The notes beneath the pieces are model-generated. The model was given only the letters and a program-made list of their open reading frames with translations, was not told where the DNA came from and did not search any database. The position numbers and the translations under genes were made by a program. A stretch of 24,000 bases of DNA. Source: an uncultured Tolumonas sp. (GTDB lineage: Bacteria; Pseudomonadota; Gammaproteobacteria; Enterobacterales; Aeromonadaceae). Position 1 is the first letter of the stretch. Each line of letters opens with the position of its first letter. Shown here piece by piece: positions 1 to 8,769 of the stretch. Location of the stretch: positions 2,816,388 to 2,840,387 of the forward strand of contig OY782757.1 of the NCBI GenBank assembly GCA_963678185.1. Reading direction: 5' to 3'.

Positions 1-903
1 GTCGGCCAGTTGCTGTTTATTCGGAACACCCACACCAATTTGGGTAACAGCCAATGCAGAAACGGCGGAGGCAAGGCGCAGGATTTGTTCTTTATCCATA
101 CCTTGGCTTAAACCCCAGGCAAAACCAGCGACCATGGAGTCACCAGCACCTACGGTACTGACCACATCCATGCGTGGTGGTTTAGCTGCCCACCATTCAT
201 TATCTGCCAACCACAGAACACCATCCGGACCACGAGAAATCACCACGTTGGTGATGCCTGCAGCACGCAGTTTTTCTGCTTCAGCACGCAAATCAGCTTC
301 GGTATCCAGTGGACGGCCAGCCCATTCAGCCAGCTCCACTTCGTTTGGCTTGATGAGGAATGGTTTGGCTTCCAGACCTTTCACCAGTGCATGTTTACTG
401 CTATCGAACAGCACTTTCGCACCCTTCTGTTGCAGTTTTGCGATCAAATCACGGCTGGCTTCAGCGCTGATACCGCGTGGCAGACTACCGGCCATCACAA
501 TGTATTCGTACTGTTCTGCCTGACGTAACAGATGAGCTTCAAATTCTTTCAACTCATCGTCTGCAACCGCTACACCTGGGAAGTTCAGATCGGTCACTTC
601 ACCGTTCTCTTCCACCATTTTGACGTTAATACGGGTATCGCCCGGTACAGCCATAAAGTGATCTTTGATGCCACATTGAGCAAACAGATCACGGAAAGCC
701 TGCTGGTTGCCAGCACCTAAGATGCCAGACACTGCGACATTAGCACCCAGATCACGCAATACGCGCGCAACATTGATGCCTTTACCTGCCGGATGCAGAC
801 TGCCTGATTTGACCACATTAACGCTGCCAACCTGGATTTGGTCGATATGACCGGTTAAATCCAGTGCAGGGTTAAGGGTCACAGTCAGCAAAGGCTTACT
901 CAT
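1..903 (-). CDS. fruK: 1-phosphofructokinase (PfkB family); 5' part only, the 3' end runs off the window
   Basis: Absent from the ORF track because it has no stop in the window. Hand translation from the minus-strand ATG (903..901) gives MSKPLLTVTLNPALDLTGHIDQIQVGSVNVVKSGSLHPAGKGINVARVLRDLGANVAVSGILGAGNQQ..., open to position 1 (301 codons). This closely parallels the E. coli FruK N-terminus (ITLNPAYDL...GLHAAGKGINVAKVLKDLG). The start overlaps the fruB stop by 8 nt (ATGAGTAA), matching fruB-fruK operon order. Confidence 0.9.
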   Translation of the reverse strand, partial: MSKPLLTVTLNPALDLTGHIDQIQVGSVNVVKSGSLHPAGKGINVARVLRDLGANVAVSGILGAGNQQAFRDLFAQCGIKDHFMAVPGDTRINVKMVEENGEVTDLNFPGVAVADDELKEFEAHLLRQAEQYEYIVMAGSLPRGISAEASRDLIAKLQQKGAKVLFDSSKHALVKGLEAKPFLIKPNEVELAEWAGRPLDTEADLRAEAEKLRAAGITNVVISRGPDGVLWLADNEWWAAKPPRMDVVSTVGAGDSMVAGFAWGLSQGMDKEQILRLASAVSALAVTQIGVGVPNKQQLAD

Positions 904-2026
904 GACCGGCTCCTTCGCCTAAACCATCGGCGATTGACTGACCAATTTTGCTAATGGCTTGCTGTGCATCATCACCTTTAGCGATAAATTGCAGGCGATG
1001 ACCGCTTTTAACGCCCAAGCTGACCAGTTTCATCAAGCTTTTCGCGTTAACGGATTTGCCATCACCATCCAGGTTGGCAACCCAGATTTCACTTTGGAAT
1101 TCTTTTGCTACTTTCACCAACGTTGCACTTGGACGTGCATGCAGACCATGTGGGTTAGTGATGGTGAACACGCCTTCCAAACCTTCAATTGGTTTTTCAG
1201 TCAGCAGCTTGATGGCTTTCATGCTGTCTGCAGCCCACAGTTGAGCCACGTTTTGTTCACTGATCATGTCAACCAGACGTTCTAATACTGGTTTGTGCAG
1301 CGCATCTTGAGCCGCAATCAATAACAAACCTTGTACTGGTTGGCCGGCATGTTGGAATGGCACGACAGGACGAACTAAAGACACTGCAGTACGTTTTACG
1401 CCAACATTAGTGCGTGCTAACCACAGTCCTTGACCCATCCATACAGGAGTGGATGCTTGAACGGTTGCTGCGCCACTGCTTTCCAGTGCGCCAGTGTTCT
1501 GCAGTAATGCACAGGCTGCTGATTGCAGACCCAGAATGTCTTGTGCAGAAGCTTGCAGTTGAATGGTGCTGCTATCCAACAACAGGGTTGGTGTTGGTTT
1601 TTGGCCGCTTAGCAATTTGGCTAAATCGGCGGTGCTGTTACAGCGTTTCAGGTAATCAGCAACAGAATCATCAGCCAGGACACGAGTCAGTTGACGCAGA
1701 ATGCCCAGATGTTCGTCTGAACGTGCAGCGATACCGATAACCACGTGTGCAATCTGACCATCGCCCCAGTTAACACCGTCAGCGAAATGTAATACGCGAA
1801 CACCGGTTTGTTTAACCTGTTCACGGGTATCTGTTGTTCCATGAGGAATGGCAATGCCATTACCCAGATAGGTAGAGTTCTGAGTTTCACGACGCAACAT
1901 ACCATCAACGTATGGCGCTTCGATCAAACCAGCGTCAACCATTTTCTGTGCCACCATACGAATCGCGCTTTGCTTATCGTCGGCTTTGGCCCCCAATTGA
2001 ATATCTTGTTCCGCCAGTGTCAGCAT
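896..2026 (-). CDS. fruB: PTS fructose-specific IIA / FPr (HPr-like) multiphosphoryl transfer protein
   Basis: 376-aa ORF. N-terminal IIA-Fru domain (STYLGNGIAIPHGTTDTREQV, DEHLGILRQLTRVLADDSVA) and C-terminal HPr-like domain (NPHGLHARPSATLVKVAKEF ... KSLMKLVSLGVKSGHRL). Collinear with E. coli FruB. GAGAGG Shine-Dalgarno upstream of the ATG at 2026. Confidence 0.92.
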   Translation of the reverse strand: MLTLAEQDIQLGAKADDKQSAIRMVAQKMVDAGLIEAPYVDGMLRRETQNSTYLGNGIAIPHGTTDTREQVKQTGVRVLHFADGVNWGDGQIAHVVIGIAARSDEHLGILRQLTRVLADDSVADYLKRCNSTADLAKLLSGQKPTPTLLLDSSTIQLQASAQDILGLQSAACALLQNTGALESSGAATVQASTPVWMGQGLWLARTNVGVKRTAVSLVRPVVPFQHAGQPVQGLLLIAAQDALHKPVLERLVDMISEQNVAQLWAADSMKAIKLLTEKPIEGLEGVFTITNPHGLHARPSATLVKVAKEFQSEIWVANLDGDGKSVNAKSLMKLVSLGVKSGHRLQFIAKGDDAQQAISKIGQSIADGLGEGAGHE

Positions 2027-2082
2027 GGCGTGTACCTCTCTTATAGTTGTGTCAGATATAAAACATAGAACAAATCGTCGAA

Positions 2083-2096
2083 CTCAAACGATTCAC
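2083..2096 (-). promoter_or_regulatory. Cra/FruR-type operator, site A
   Basis: The minus strand reads GTGAATCGTTTGAG, compared with the Cra consensus GCTGAAnCGnTTCA. It lies about 57-70 bp upstream of the fruB start. Confidence 0.55.
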
Positions 2097-2169
2097 TCAC
2101 ATCCTATTCTGATCCATTTGTTGCAACTTTGGGTAGCAAGTTTGCAACTCTCATTTGCCAAAAAGTAGA

Positions 2170-2183
2170 TTAATCGTTTCAGT
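2170..2183 (-). promoter_or_regulatory. Cra/FruR-type operator, site B
   Basis: The minus strand reads ACTGAAACGATTAA, compared with GCTGAAnCGnTTCA. Its centre is 22 bp from site C. Confidence 0.6.
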
Positions 2184-2191
2184 TCATATGC

Positions 2192-2205
2192 TGTATCGTT
2201 TCAGC
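2192..2205 (-). promoter_or_regulatory. Cra/FruR-type operator, site C
   Basis: The minus strand reads GCTGAAACGATACA, matching 11 of 12 specified consensus positions of GCTGAAnCGnTTCA. It abuts the -35 region of the candidate cra promoter. Confidence 0.65.
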
Positions 2206-2227
2206 TAGATATTCAAGAGCTGGTTAT

Positions 2228-2235
2228 TGTATAAT
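2228..2235 (+). promoter_or_regulatory. Candidate extended -10 (TGtTATAAT) for cra
   Basis: TGTATAAT at 2228..2235 is a perfect TATAAT preceded by an extended -10 TG, 59 bp upstream of the cra ATG. No experimental TSS is available. Confidence 0.4.
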
Positions 2236-2293
2236 CACCAGTAATTTGATGTGGTGCACATTTACGGCAGCAAAAATGATAAATGGGGGTCGC

Positions 2294-3292
2294 ATGAAGC
2301 TTGAAGAGATCGCGCGCCTGGCAGGCGTATCTCGTACAACAGCGAGCTATGTGGTGAACGGTAAAGCTGAACAACATCGCATCAGTGAAAAAACCCGCGA
2401 GCGGGTGATGGCGGTGGTTAATCAGTATAACTATAAACCTGATCAGGCGGCGACCGCACTGCGATTAGGCAGTAGCCGGCTGTTTGGTTTTATTTTACCT
2501 GATTTGGAAAATACCAGTTATGCCCGCTTAGCTAAATTGCTGGAAGCGGGCGCGCGGGAGCATGGCTTTCAGCTGATCATCACTTGTTCGGATGATAATC
2601 CTGACACAGAAAAATCACTGGCGGAAATGCTGACCTCGCGTCGTATTGATGCTTTGCTGGTCTCGACCGTGTTAGACCCGTATAACGATTTTTATCCTCG
2701 GTTACAGCAAAAAGGTTTGCCGGTAATTGCGATTGACCGCGCCTTGGATGACGAAAAATTTGCTTCGGTTATCAGTGAAGACTTGGATGGCGCGATCAAA
2801 TTAACAAATTCGTTATTATCGCCGTTGCCAGCCACTATTGGCTTATTGGGCGCAGTGCCAGAGCTAGGGATATCGCACGAACGTGAACGTGGATTTCGTG
2901 CCGCCTTACGTTCAGTAGATATGCAAGCTGAGCCGTTGATCGCCTACGGTGAACATTTCAGCCGCAGTGAAGGTGCTCGCATCTGTGCTGACTGGATTGC
3001 TCGTGGCGTCATGCCGGAAGCATTGGTCACCACCTCGTATGTGTTGCTGGAAGGTGTTCTGGATACCTTACGTGAATACCCGGATTTGATGCAAAAATTG
3101 CGATTGGCTACTTTTGGTGACAATCAATTATTGGATTTTCTGCCCGTGAACGTAAATGCATTACCGCAGCAGTTATCGTTGATAGCTGAGCGGGCATTGG
3201 CGTTAGCGTTAGCGGCAACCACTGAACATAATTACACCCCAGGGATTGAGGTGATCCCACGTCGCCTTAAAGTCCGGAGTAATGCTGGGTAG
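2294..3292 (+). CDS. cra: Catabolite repressor/activator Cra (FruR), LacI family
   Basis: [49 protein letters not shown]... is nearly collinear with E. coli Cra ([34 protein letters not shown]...IPDLENTSY...). I prefer the ATG at 2294 (preceded by GGGGG) over the TTG at 2246 used by the ORF track. It is divergent from fruBK with Cra boxes between the two. Confidence 0.9.
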   Translation: [332 protein letters not shown]

Positions 3293-3311
3293 GCGCTGTG
3301 TTTCACAGCGC
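3293..3311 (+). terminator. Stem-loop immediately after the cra stop (8-bp perfect stem, 3-nt loop, no U-tract)
   Basis: GCGCTGTG-ttt-CACAGCGC starts 1 nt after the TAG. It is followed by agaagaaga rather than a T-run, so it is at best a non-canonical terminator or an RNA-stability element. Confidence 0.35.
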
Positions 3312-3366
3312 AGAAGAAGACAATTGCCGTAATCTTATTCTGAACAGTACAGGTATGGAGCGTAAC

Positions 3367-3834
3367 ATGAAGATAGCAATGGCCAGTGACCATGCGGGTT
3401 TTTCTCTGAAAGAAGAGATCAAAGCGTATCTGCAAAGCCAAGGACACGAAGTATTGGATTTTGGTGCTCACAGTGAAGATGCCTGTGATCTGCCGGATTC
3501 CGTTTATCCCGCTTCCTTAGCTGTTGGTGAAGGTAAAGCCGATCGTGGTATTTTTGTCGATGGTGTCGGTTACGGCAGCGCGATGATCGCGAACAAAATT
3601 TACGGTGTGTATGCCGCGGTCTGTCAGGATCCGTTCTGTGCCAACCTAGCTCGTTCACACTCGGATACCAACGTATTGTGTATCGGTGGCAAGATCATCG
3701 GTTCTGCCATTGCGATGGAAATTGTCAAAACCTGGATGACGACAGAATATCTGGGTCATACCGAAGAGAAATATCGTCGCCGCGTTGGTAAAGTGGTCGC
3801 GATTGCTGAAAAACACCTGCAAAAGCTGGTCTGA
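3367..3834 (+). CDS. RpiB/LacA/LacB-family sugar-phosphate isomerase (LacA-like active-site region)
   Basis: MKIAMASDHAGFSLKEEIKAYLQSQGHEVLDFG...GIFVDGVGYGSAMIANK...ARSHSDTNVLCIGGKIIG aligns along its full length with E. coli RpiB. GGAG lies 6 nt upstream of the ATG at 3367. The track start at 3298 adds an unlikely 23-aa extension. Confidence 0.85.
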   Translation: MKIAMASDHAGFSLKEEIKAYLQSQGHEVLDFGAHSEDACDLPDSVYPASLAVGEGKADRGIFVDGVGYGSAMIANKIYGVYAAVCQDPFCANLARSHSDTNVLCIGGKIIGSAIAMEIVKTWMTTEYLGHTEEKYRRRVGKVVAIAEKHLQKLV

Positions 3835-3843
3835 TCGGTTAAT

Positions 3844-3872
3844 GCGTGAGCAGCAATGAAGGTTGCTCACGC
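3844..3872 (+). terminator. Hairpin downstream of the isomerase gene (9-bp perfect stem, 11-nt loop, no U-tract)
   Basis: GCGTGAGCA(3844-3852)...TGCTCACGC(3864-3872), 10 nt after the stop. It is followed by agcataaatc. Confidence 0.4.
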
Positions 3873-3978
3873 AGCATAAATCTTAGAAAACGGGAATCAT
3901 CTCTACAGATGATGGATTGTGTTTCCCGCTAAAAGCACGTCTAATCTGCTTTCATCTCCTTTCCTTTATTTTGGTCCT

Positions 3979-5349
3979 ATGTCCTCCGTATCGGTAGTGC
4001 GTTCACAGTCGCTGTTTCAGATCACCTGGCCGTTATTCATCGATTTGGCGCTGCATTTTCTGACCGCAGCACTGAATACGTTCATGATCAGCCATGTTTC
4101 GTATCAAGCCGTTGCCGCATTGTCGGTGGGCAACCAAATCTTTGATGTCAGCATTACGCTGTTCAATTTCGTCGGCATTGGTTCCAGTGTGGTGATCACG
4201 CAATATCTGGGCGCCGGACAGCGTGATGTGGCCCGAAAAGTGGTGCAGCAGGCGGCCGGCTTTAATGCCTTGATTGGTTTGGCGGTCGCACTGGGCGTTC
4301 TGTTTGGTTCGACCTATATTCTGCAATTGATGAATATGCCGGAACACCTGCAGTCAATGGGGCTGACCTATTTACAAATCATCGCACTGTGTCTGTTACC
4401 TGAGGCGATTGCGCTTTGTCTGGCGGCAAGTCTGCGCGCATACGGGCATACGCGTGAGGCTATGTACGTCACAGTGATCGTTAATCTGGTGACTCTGCTA
4501 GGTAATGCTTTGTTGTTATATGGCTGGTTTGGTTTACCGCAAATGTCGGTAGCAGGCGTTGCCTGCTCTACGGTGATAGGCCGTTTGGTTGGCGTGATGT
4601 TACTGCTGTGGCTGATCCGGCAACGGCTTGGTTTGCGTTTACACTGGAAAGATTGCTGCCGGTTTTCGTCTGATATTATCCGTAAAATCATGAAAATCGG
4701 TTTACCGGCGGCCGGTGAAAACCTGTCCTGGATGTTGCAAATGATGGTGATCACCTCTTTTGTCGCATTACTGGGCGATAAAATGCTGGCCACACAGTCG
4801 TATTTTTTCCAGATCAGTCTGTTTGTGATGCTGTTTGGCATCGCGATTGGTCTGGGAACGGAAATTATGATTGGTCATCTGGTCGGGGCTGGCGAACTGG
4901 ATCAGGCTTATCATCGCTTATTACGCAGTCTGAAAATCGGTCTTATCGTAACCGTGTTATCAGTGTTTGTGGTGGTGATTTCTGGGCCGCATCTGATGGG
5001 CTTGTTTACCTCCGATGCCATTATTTTAGCCACCGCAGGGCATCTGTTTATGCTGAGTTTGATCCTAGAGCCGGGGCGTACTTTTAACATCATCGTGATC
5101 AGTTCTCTGCGTGCCACTGGCGATGCCCGTTTTCCATTCCGCATGGCATTGTTGTCGATGTGGGGCATTGCGATCCCTGTCGCTTACCTGTGCGGTATTC
5201 ATTGGGGATGGGGTCTGGTGGGCGTCTGGTGTGGGTTTGTGGTGGATGAATGGGTTCGGGGTCTCACCATGTTCTGGCGTTGGCGTAGCCGACGTTGGGA
5301 GAAAAAAGTGCTGGTACAGCGAACTGCACCAGCCAATCAGGCACACTAG
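3979..5349 (+). CDS. MATE-family multidrug/sodium efflux transporter
   Basis: Polytopic membrane protein with a typical MATE N-terminus (FQITWPLFIDLALHFLTAALNTFMISHVS...LGAGQRDVARKVV) and an internal duplication pattern. The start is uncertain: ATG at 3979 (MSSVSVVRSQ) is preferred over GTG at 3919. Confidence 0.85.
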   Translation: MSSVSVVRSQSLFQITWPLFIDLALHFLTAALNTFMISHVSYQAVAALSVGNQIFDVSITLFNFVGIGSSVVITQYLGAGQRDVARKVVQQAAGFNALIGLAVALGVLFGSTYILQLMNMPEHLQSMGLTYLQIIALCLLPEAIALCLAASLRAYGHTREAMYVTVIVNLVTLLGNALLLYGWFGLPQMSVAGVACSTVIGRLVGVMLLLWLIRQRLGLRLHWKDCCRFSSDIIRKIMKIGLPAAGENLSWMLQMMVITSFVALLGDKMLATQSYFFQISLFVMLFGIAIGLGTEIMIGHLVGAGELDQAYHRLLRSLKIGLIVTVLSVFVVVISGPHLMGLFTSDAIILATAGHLFMLSLILEPGRTFNIIVISSLRATGDARFPFRMALLSMWGIAIPVAYLCGIHWGWGLVGVWCGFVVDEWVRGLTMFWRWRSRRWEKKVLVQRTAPANQAH

Positions 5350-5373
5350 TGCCATTTCACACGGGATAAAACA

Positions 5374-6801
5374 TTACTTCGCTGGCTGGGCGGGGTTTCC
5401 TCCCAGCGCTTGATACAGTGCCATTTGCGTAGTCAGTTGTTGATAATGGTTTTCTAACAACGATTTTTCAGCACTACGCCGGTTTTCCTGCTGATCCAGC
5501 CAGCTTTGCATTTCGATATCTCCCGCCTGATAACGCACGGCAGAGATAGTTTCTGTTTGTTGTGCCAACGACAGTGAACGCGCGAGTTGGGTTCCGGCAT
5601 TCAGGTAATGCTGCCGTGCCGACAACTGATTTTCCACTTCTGATAACGCAGTGTAAAACGTTTGTCGGAAGTTGCGCACGGCTTGCTCGTAGATGACGCG
5701 TTGTTTGGCAATGCTCAGGCGCGTAGTCTGCCACTCAATAAAGGGAAGAGTCAATCCGGCCCCAATGCTGCCTGTCGGATTTTGCAATGCAGAGCGCAAT
5801 TGTTCGCTGCTGGTGCTTAATGCACCGGTCAGACTAAAGGTGGGGTAATAACTTTTCCGGGTGTTTTCACCGGTCGCGTAACTGGAACGGACACGTAGTT
5901 CTGCTGCTTTCACATCGGGCCGTTGCGCCAGTACATCTGCTGGCAGATGCGTCGGAATCGCCAGCAATGTGCTTTGCGGCAACGTGAATGGTTGTTCTAA
6001 CGCGGTTTCCGGTGGTTGATCCAACAAAATGGCCAAGGCATTGCGATTCTCATCTCGTTGCCGATAGAGATCTTCAAGCGTTGCTTGCTGGCTGTTCACA
6101 CTTTGTTCGGCTTGTAACACATCCAATTTGCCATTGGCGCCAGCATGATAATGTGCCTGCGCAATGTGCAGTGAATGCTGTGTGTAACTGAGACTTTGTT
6201 GGTTCAGGGCAATTAACTGGTTCAGATAACCCTGTTTCCAATACAACGTGGCGGTGGTGCCGATCAGTGATAATGCCGATGCCTGCCGGTCTTGTTCGGT
6301 GGCATCGGCTTCAAAATTAGCGGCCGCACGTTCATCCGCCAGTTTACCCCACAGATCCAGCTCATAACTTAGCGACAGTGACGTACCATATTGGGTGGTT
6401 TGATTATTTTGTGAACCATTTGGCGGCATATTACCGCCCTGATCGGCCGGGTTGGTTTGTTGCCATGATTTTTGTTGTACGGCAGTCAGAGAGGTAGAAA
6501 CCTCCGGCGTTAGGTTGGTCGCCGTAAGGCCGGCACTTAACCGTGCCTGTTTGACTTTCAGGGCCGCGACAGCCAGATCATTATTTTTCTGTAGTACCTG
6601 TTGGATCAACTGATCCAGCGCAGGGTCTTGAAACGCTTGCCACCAGTGTGGCTGCTGCAATACCTGATTCGCGGTTAGTTTATGTTGCTGCCACTGCGCT
6701 GGCACCACCGGTGCTAAATCGGCAGCCGGTGGCGGTGTGGTGTGCTGGCTACACGCGGTCAGCAGGCTGAGTGACAGATATAACAAGCTGAATTTATTCA
6801 C
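5374..6801 (-). CDS. Outer-membrane efflux lipoprotein, NodT/OprM (TolC-like OMF) family
   Basis: Signal peptide with lipobox [17 protein letters not shown]|S. Long coiled-coil-rich sequence typical of OMF proteins (LDVLQAEQS..., RPDVKAAELRV...). The GTG start overlaps the macB stop by 8 nt (GTGAATAA). Confidence 0.88.
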   Translation of the reverse strand: MNKFSLLYLSLSLLTACSQHTTPPPAADLAPVVPAQWQQHKLTANQVLQQPHWWQAFQDPALDQLIQQVLQKNNDLAVAALKVKQARLSAGLTATNLTPEVSTSLTAVQQKSWQQTNPADQGGNMPPNGSQNNQTTQYGTSLSLSYELDLWGKLADERAAANFEADATEQDRQASALSLIGTTATLYWKQGYLNQLIALNQQSLSYTQHSLHIAQAHYHAGANGKLDVLQAEQSVNSQQATLEDLYRQRDENRNALAILLDQPPETALEQPFTLPQSTLLAIPTHLPADVLAQRPDVKAAELRVRSSYATGENTRKSYYPTFSLTGALSTSSEQLRSALQNPTGSIGAGLTLPFIEWQTTRLSIAKQRVIYEQAVRNFRQTFYTALSEVENQLSARQHYLNAGTQLARSLSLAQQTETISAVRYQAGDIEMQSWLDQQENRRSAEKSLLENHYQQLTTQMALYQALGGNPAQPAK

Positions 6802-8767
6802 GCGCCAATGCCTCTATCGGATCAAGCCGGGCTGCATTCCGGGCGGGCAGATAACCGAACAACACGCCGATCAGGGATGAGCACAGGAAGGCAGAAACCA
6901 AAGACCAGACGGAAAAAGCCATCTGAATACTGCTGACAAAAAATGAAAATATGGCACTCACTGCAAATGAAAGAGCAATACCAAGCGTGCCACCCAGTAA
7001 ACACACCATCACAGCTTCAATCAAAAATTGCTGCAGAATGTCTTGCTGACGGGCCCCGACTGCCATACGAATGCCGATTTCACGAGTTCGTTCCGTCACT
7101 GACACCAACATGATATTCATCACCCCGATCCCACCGACAATCAGGGAAATCACCGCGATTGAGGAAATTAACAACGTCAGTGTGGCGGTGGTTTTTTCGA
7201 TAGTTTGCAAAATGCTATCGCTGTTACGGGTGTAAAAATCTTTACGACCATGCACGCGGGTCAGCAATTTAATGATCTGCTGTTCGGCAATACTGCTGGA
7301 AACCCCGTCTTTGATGCGCACCGAGATGGAGCTGAAATAGTATTGCCCCATCAGCCGATACATGGCGGAAGTGTAGGGTAGCCAGACATTCAGGTTCTGT
7401 GTATCAAACGAACTTTTTTTCTCGGCGGTGACGCCAATGATACGGCAGGGCAGGTTGTTCAGCAGGATCACTTTACCCACCGGGTTAACATGCTTGCCAT
7501 ATAATTTAATCAAGGTGTTGTGATCAATCACCACTACCGGTTGCAGTTGTTCCACGGCGGTTTGATCGAAGGTTTTTCCATACGCCATTTGCAGATCTTT
7601 GACCTGAAAATATTGGCCTGCGACGCCGTACACCATCGCGGATAATGCTTTGCCGCCGTCACGTAACAGCGCATTGGTGCTTACGCTGGGCGTAACACTG
7701 TTGGTATAAATTTGCCCGCTCAAGAGCGGTAAATCTTGTGGGGTCAGTGTTTGAATAGCGCTGGCATTACGATCGCCCCAATCTTTACCGGGGTAAACAT
7801 CAATGGTATTGGTGCCCATGGAGCTGATATCGCTGATCACTTTATTGCGTGCACCCTGACCAACGGCTACCACACTGACTACGGCGGTAATACCGATAAT
7901 GATGCCAAGCATGGTGAGTAAGGTGCGCATCCGATGGGTAAGCATCGAGAGCCATGCCATTTTGAACGCTTCGGAAAAACGCGTCGATTGGCGCACCCAC
8001 CAACTGGCGGTCTGTGGTATTTGGGGTTGCTCAGGTAAATCCTGACTAGCAAGTGGAAGGTCGATGTGACAAGGCGTTTGTTTACGGTCGGCAAGAATAC
8101 GACCGTCGCTGATTTCGATCACCCGTTCCGCATGCGCGGCAATATTTTGGTCATGCGTAACCAGCACAATAGCGTGCCCCTGTCGATGCAGTTGCCGCAG
8201 GATCTGCATCACCTCTTTGCCGCTTTGACTGTCTAATGCCCCCGTTGGTTCATCAGCCAGAATCACATTGCCACCGTTCATCAGCGCCCGGGCAATACTG
8301 ACGCGTTGTTGTTGCCCGCCAGAGAGCTGGCTGGGGCGATTGCGCTGTTTATCGGCAATGCCTAAGCGTTGCAGTAATGCACGAGCCCGTTGCAGGCGCG
8401 AAGTTTTGTGTTTACCGGCATAAATGGCGGGAATTTCCACGTTACTTTCCGCTTTCAGATGTGACAACAGATGGTAACGCTGGAAGATAAAACCAAAGCA
8501 ATCGCGGCGCAGATCAGCCAGTTGATCGCTGTTTAAGGTGGCGGTACTTTGACCGTTAACACGATATTCGCCCTGACTGGGGCGATCCAGACAACCGAGA
8601 ATATTCATCAGCGTCGATTTACCGGAGCCGGATGCGCCAATGATCGCCACCATTTCGCCGGCGTGAATATCCAGATTGATATTATCCAGTACAGTCAAGC
8701 GGTCATCACCAGTCTGAAAATGACGACTGATGTGCTGTAAGGCCAATAACGGCGCGGCATTCGTCAT
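6794..8767 (-). CDS. macB: MacB-type ABC efflux pump (fused N-terminal ATPase and C-terminal FtsX-like permease)
   Basis: Walker [10 protein letters not shown], signature LSGGQQQRV and Walker [12 protein letters not shown], followed by a 4-TM permease with a large periplasmic domain. The N-terminus resembles E. coli MacB. I prefer the ATG at 8767 (MTNAAP), 2 nt after the macA TGA. The track uses a TTG at 8773. Confidence 0.92.
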   Translation of the reverse strand: MTNAAPLLALQHISRHFQTGDDRLTVLDNINLDIHAGEMVAIIGASGSGKSTLMNILGCLDRPSQGEYRVNGQSTATLNSDQLADLRRDCFGFIFQRYHLLSHLKAESNVEIPAIYAGKHKTSRLQRARALLQRLGIADKQRNRPSQLSGGQQQRVSIARALMNGGNVILADEPTGALDSQSGKEVMQILRQLHRQGHAIVLVTHDQNIAAHAERVIEISDGRILADRKQTPCHIDLPLASQDLPEQPQIPQTASWWVRQSTRFSEAFKMAWLSMLTHRMRTLLTMLGIIIGITAVVSVVAVGQGARNKVISDISSMGTNTIDVYPGKDWGDRNASAIQTLTPQDLPLLSGQIYTNSVTPSVSTNALLRDGGKALSAMVYGVAGQYFQVKDLQMAYGKTFDQTAVEQLQPVVVIDHNTLIKLYGKHVNPVGKVILLNNLPCRIIGVTAEKKSSFDTQNLNVWLPYTSAMYRLMGQYYFSSISVRIKDGVSSSIAEQQIIKLLTRVHGRKDFYTRNSDSILQTIEKTTATLTLLISSIAVISLIVGGIGVMNIMLVSVTERTREIGIRMAVGARQQDILQQFLIEAVMVCLLGGTLGIALSFAVSAIFSFFVSSIQMAFSVWSLVSAFLCSSLIGVLFGYLPARNAARLDPIEALARE

Positions 8768-8769
8768 GA

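Noticed and set aside
134-720. Plus-strand ORFs of 129 aa and 62 aa at the left edge
   Set aside because: They are antisense to fruK, whose minus-strand translation matches 1-phosphofructokinase over the whole region. They are Ser/Ala/Arg-rich shadow frames.
2246-2293. N-terminal extensions implied by the ORF track (cra 2246, isomerase 3298, MATE 3919, macB 8773, modC 12265, glmU 15011, deoR 16529, EAL 19434)
   Set aside because: In each case an internal ATG with a better Shine-Dalgarno aligns with the N-terminus of known homologues. The extensions use TTG or GTG codons and add non-conserved residues. The MATE and EAL starts remain genuinely uncertain.
4368-5355. Minus-strand ORFs of 157, 85 and 96 aa, and a plus-strand 100-aa ORF at 5111-5413
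   Set aside because: All overlap the MATE transporter CDS, and the last also overlaps the OMF 3' end. None has a plausible start context or family resemblance.
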